The translations under genes were made by a program, and so were the position numbers. The notes below the pieces were generated by a model, which was not told the origin of the DNA, made no database searches, and saw nothing but the letters and a program-made list of their open reading frames with translations. A stretch of DNA of 64,000 nucleotides from Myxococcota bacterium (GTDB lineage: Bacteria; Myxococcota_A; UBA9160; UBA6930): positions 5,696,001 through 5,760,000 of the forward strand of contig OZ245002.1 of the NCBI GenBank assembly GCA_965223415.1. Reading direction: 5' to 3'. How positions within the stretch are numbered: the first letter of the stretch is position 1; each line of letters opens with the position of its first letter. Of this stretch, positions 60,679-64,000 are shown one piece after another.

Positions 60679-61785
60679 TCAGAACGTCACGACGGTCCGG
60701 ATCGACTCCCCCCCGTGCATCATCTCGAACGCGTCGTTGATCTTCTCGAGGGGCAGGACGTGGGTGATCAGGTCGTCGATGTTGATCTTCCCCTCCATGT
60801 ACCAATCGACGATCTTCGGCACGTCCCGGCGGCTCTTGGCGCCGCCGAAGGCGCAGCCCTTCCAGACGCGCCCGGTCACCAGCTGGAAGGGGCGGGTCGC
60901 GATCTCCTCGCCGGCGCCCGCGACGCCGATGATGATCGACTCGCCCCAGCCCCGGTGACAGCACTCGAGGGCCTGGCGCATCACGTCCACGCTGCCGATG
61001 CACTCGAAGCTGTAGTCGGCGCCGCCATCGGTGAGCTCGACCAGATGGGGGACGAGATCGTCCACCTCCTTCGGGTTCACGAAGTGGGTCATGCCGAAGC
61101 GCTCGGCGAGCTCGCGCTTGGCGGGGTTCGTGTCGACGCCGACGATGCGGTCGGCGCCGACCATGCGCAGGCCCTGGATCACGTTGAGGCCGATGCCGCC
61201 GAGGCCGAACACGACGCAGTTGGCGCCGGCCTCGACCCCGGCCGTGTTCACGACGGCGCCCACGCCGGTCGTGACGCCGCAGCCGATGTAGCAGACCTTG
61301 TCGAAGGGGGCGTCGCTGCGGATCTTCGCCAGCGCGATCTCCGGCAGCACCGTGCGACTCGCGAAGGTCGAGGTGCCCATGTAGTGGTAGAGGGCCTCGC
61401 CGCCGGCCGAGAAGCGGCTGGTGCCGTCGGGCATCACGCCCTGGCCCTGAGTCGCGCGGATCGCGGTGCAGAGATTGCTCTTGCCGGACAGGCAGGTCTT
61501 GCACTGCCGACACTCCGGCGTGTAGAGCGGAATGACGTGGTCGCCAGGGGCGACGCTGGTGACGCCGGCGCCCACCTCGACGACGACGCCGGCGCCCTCG
61601 TGGCCCAGGATGCTCGGGAAGATGCCTTCCGGATCCCGACCGGACAGGGTGTAGGCGTCCGTGTGGCAGACGCCGCTCGCCTTGATCTCGACGAGCACCT
61701 CGCCGGCCTTCGGCCCGTCGAGGTCCACCTCTTCGATCGTGAGCGGCTTGCCGGCCTCGCGGGCCACGGCGGCGCGCACCTTCAT
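60679..61785 (-). CDS. frmA: S-(hydroxymethyl)glutathione dehydrogenase / class III alcohol dehydrogenase
   Basis: [22 protein letters not shown], structural Zn Cys, [24 protein letters not shown]. Confidence 0.95.
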   Translation of the reverse strand: MKVRAAVAREAGKPLTIEEVDLDGPKAGEVLVEIKASGVCHTDAYTLSGRDPEGIFPSILGHEGAGVVVEVGAGVTSVAPGDHVIPLYTPECRQCKTCLSGKSNLCTAIRATQGQGVMPDGTSRFSAGGEALYHYMGTSTFASRTVLPEIALAKIRSDAPFDKVCYIGCGVTTGVGAVVNTAGVEAGANCVVFGLGGIGLNVIQGLRMVGADRIVGVDTNPAKRELAERFGMTHFVNPKEVDDLVPHLVELTDGGADYSFECIGSVDVMRQALECCHRGWGESIIIGVAGAGEEIATRPFQLVTGRVWKGCAFGGAKSRRDVPKIVDWYMEGKINIDDLITHVLPLEKINDAFEMMHGGESIRTVVTF

Positions 61786-61879
61786 CGTCTCCCCTCCTGA
61801 TTGCCTGCATGGTTGGCTGCGGCCCAGCGCCAAGGTACCGCGCCTGCGGTTCGCCCGGGCCCATGCTAACGACGCCGCG

Positions 61880-62752
61880 ATGACCGAGCGATTCCACGAG
61901 CTCCTGCGCCTGCTCGATCTCGAGGAGATCGACCTCAACATCTTCCGCGGTCAGAACGAGGCGGGCCAGGTGGGGCGGCTCTTCGGCGGGCAGGTCCTGT
62001 CCCAGGCCCTGGCCGCCGCCGGGCGCACGGTGGAGGAGCTGCCGGCCCACTCGCTGCACGCCTACTTCCTCCGGCCCGGGAACCCGGCGGTCCCCGTTCT
62101 CTACCAGGTGGACCGCATTCGCGACGGGCGCTCGTTCACGACGCGGCGGGTGGTCGCCATCCAGGAAGGGCGCGCCATCCTCAACATGGCGGCCTCCTTC
62201 CACGCCGCCGAGCCCGGCTACGACCATCAGGTCGGGGTGCCGGAAGCGCCCGCTCCGGAGAGCCTCCCGACCTGGACCGAGCTGATCGCCGCCAACCGGG
62301 AGCGCATCCCGAACGTGGAGGGCCGGGAGGCCCGGGGCGCTCCGCCGGTCGACTACCGCTACGTGGACCTGCCCGTGTACCTCGGCGGCGACGCCATGCC
62401 CGATCCGAACCGCATCTGGGTGCGGGCCGCTGGGGAGCTCCCTGACGACGCCCTGCTCCACCAGTGCTTCCTGGTCTACGCCTCGGACATGTCGATGATC
62501 GACACGGTGATGCGGCACCACGGCCCGAAGAGCCCCCTCGGGCCGCCGGTCATGGGCGCCAGCCTCGATCACGCCGTCTGGTTCCACCGCCCGTTCCGCG
62601 CCGACGAGTGGCTCCTCTACGCCCAGGACAGCCCCTCCGCCGCCGGCGCCCGCGGCTTCGCCCGGGGCTCCATCTACCAGGAGGACGGTGACCTCGTCGC
62701 CTCCGTCGCCCAGGAAGGCCTGGTCCGGCCTGAGACAAGGGGACGTTCCTGA
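61880..62752 (+). CDS. tesB: Acyl-CoA thioesterase II
   Basis: [48 protein letters not shown]. Confidence 0.93.
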   Translation: MTERFHELLRLLDLEEIDLNIFRGQNEAGQVGRLFGGQVLSQALAAAGRTVEELPAHSLHAYFLRPGNPAVPVLYQVDRIRDGRSFTTRRVVAIQEGRAILNMAASFHAAEPGYDHQVGVPEAPAPESLPTWTELIAANRERIPNVEGREARGAPPVDYRYVDLPVYLGGDAMPDPNRIWVRAAGELPDDALLHQCFLVYASDMSMIDTVMRHHGPKSPLGPPVMGASLDHAVWFHRPFRADEWLLYAQDSPSAAGARGFARGSIYQEDGDLVASVAQEGLVRPETRGRS

Positions 62753-62801
62753 CTGTCTCACGGCTCTGCCGTGAGACAGTCAGGAACGTCCCCTTGTCTC
62801 A
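62731..62801. repeat. REPIN-like palindrome, GGGGACGTTCCT family (TGAGACA subtype)
   Basis: Perfect 34-bp arms, 3-nt loop; encodes the C-termini of both flanking genes. Confidence 0.92.
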
Positions 62802-63208
62802 CGCTCGCGCAGCTGGGCGAGGGTTCGGCGGGCGTCGCGCAGGGCTCCGGCTTCGAGGCCGGCGGCCAGCTCGTTCAGGCGGGCGACCTCTTCGGCCTCG
62901 GCAGCGGCGAAGGCTTCGCGACCCGCCGGGGTGAGCTCGAGCAGGACGGCGCGACGGCTGCGCGGGTCCGGCTGCTTGCGCACCCAGCCCCTCCCCGTGA
63001 GCTCGTCGGCCAGGCGCCGGACGCCCTGCCGGCTGGCCCCGCGGTGGCGGGCGATCTCACTGGCCGTCTGGGGCCCGTGGTGGGCGAGCAGGCGCAGGAC
63101 CTCCCGGCGGCCCCGGCGCAGGCGGAGGTCCGGAAGGGCTGCGTGGGCTGCGACCTCCTCCAAGAGGTCGTACAAGGCCGCGCCGGATAAGGTGAATCGC
63201 TGGGTCAT
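62780..63208 (-). CDS. MarR-family transcriptional regulator
   Basis: GPQTASEIA....SRQ.V..L...L...GWV....DP..RR..L.ELT..G. Confidence 0.88.
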   Translation of the reverse strand: MTQRFTLSGAALYDLLEEVAAHAALPDLRLRRGRREVLRLLAHHGPQTASEIARHRGASRQGVRRLADELTGRGWVRKQPDPRSRRAVLLELTPAGREAFAAAEAEEVARLNELAAGLEAGALRDARRTLAQLRERETRGRS

Positions 63209-63211
63209 TCG

Positions 63212-63272
63212 ATATGACAATATATTTCCATATGATATTGACAATAGATAGTCAATCATCCATCCGATTGAC
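63212..63272. promoter_or_regulatory. AT-rich divergent promoter/operator region between marR and tetR
   Basis: Palindromes ATATGACAATATATTTCCATAT (63212-63233), ATTGAC-N8-GTCAAT (63237-63256), GTCAATC...GATTGAC (63251-63272); TTGACA -35. Confidence 0.7.
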
Positions 63273-63303
63273 GATTCCTCAAAGATGAAGAATCATCAGC
63301 CAC

Positions 63304-63933
63304 ATGAGCCTGCCCATCCCCCTGGCGGAGGGCGCAGGGCGGCGGGAGCGCCGGAAGGCGGAGACCCGCGCCCGGCTGCTGGCGGCAGCCCGCGCCCTCT
63401 TCATCGAGCGCGGCTACCACGCCACCCGGCCCCAGGACATCGCCGCGGCTGCCGATGTCGCCACCGGCACCTTCTACGTCCACTTCGCCGACAAGCGCGA
63501 GGCCTTCCTGGCCTTCAGCGACGAAGCTACCCGCGAGCTGATGGAGCGGGTCCGGGAAGCCGCCCGGGATAGCGCCGATTTCGCGGAGCGCCTCTACCGC
63601 TCCCTCGAAGCCCTGCTCGCCTACTCCGACGAGAACCCGGGCACCCTGCGCGCCGCCTTCGCCGACGCCTCGGTGATCACCGCCGATCTCTCACGGGGGC
63701 GCGGGCTGCCGGAGCAGCTGGCCGCGTCCCTCGCCCAGGGCCTGCGCCAGGGCATGGCGGAGGGACGGCTCACCGACGAGCTGGACCCGGACGTCGTCGC
63801 CCACGGCATCGTCGGCCTGGTCAGCGGCGCCCTGCGCTTCGGCGCCGAGCGGGGCACGCCGCGCCCGGATCTCTTGCGGGACGTCACCCGCTTCGTGAGT
63901 CGCGCCCTCGTGCGCGGGAAGGAGGAAGGATGA
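63304..63933 (+). CDS. TetR/AcrR-family transcriptional regulator
   Basis: TRARLLAAARALF.ERGY..T...DIA..A.V..GTFY.HF.DK. Confidence 0.93.
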   Translation: MSLPIPLAEGAGRRERRKAETRARLLAAARALFIERGYHATRPQDIAAAADVATGTFYVHFADKREAFLAFSDEATRELMERVREAARDSADFAERLYRSLEALLAYSDENPGTLRAAFADASVITADLSRGRGLPEQLAASLAQGLRQGMAEGRLTDELDPDVVAHGIVGLVSGALRFGAERGTPRPDLLRDVTRFVSRALVRGKEEG

Positions 63934-64000
63934 CCACGCTTCGCTTCAGCGAGGAGGAGCTGATGCGTTCCCACGCCTACGCGAGCCCCCAGATGGAGGC
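63930..64000 (+). CDS. Hypothetical protein, 3' partial (MTTLRFSEEELMRSH...)
   Basis: ATGA overlap with the tetR stop, GGAGGAAGG RBS, open to the window end. Confidence 0.6.
   Translation, partial: MTTLRFSEEELMRSHAYASPQME

Overview
A very GC-rich bacterial chromosomal window, mostly housekeeping and lipid/acyl-CoA metabolism genes. CarF, a CX5CCX9C-type ferrochelatase and scattered nuo genes suggest a Myxococcota-like deltaproteobacterium (inference). It holds about 65 CDSs: acyl-CoA synthetases, dehydrogenases and hydratases, a P450, nuoB and nuoI-C-D flanking lpdA-E2-lipB-lipA, hemE-hemY and hemH, ispH, clpS-clpA, aat, a TRAP transporter, carF, frmA and tesB. There is one tRNA-Cys and one intact IS630. 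Most notable: (1) an ArsC-like selenoprotein gene absent from the ORF track (in-frame UGA in a UxxC motif plus a SECIS-like hairpin); (2) a family of REPIN-like long palindromes with an invariant GGGGACGTTCCT core, which sit at and sometimes supply convergent stop codons; (3) a TRAP + atypical GTP cyclohydrolase II + SIS-creatininase fusion operon of unknown function; (4) a candidate ~80-bp MITE and the IS630 stacked at one CTAG; (5) an acyl-CoA synthetase with a large in-frame internal deletion; (6) widespread leaderless-type promoters. All calls come from reading the sequence and recognising motifs; no database searches were run.
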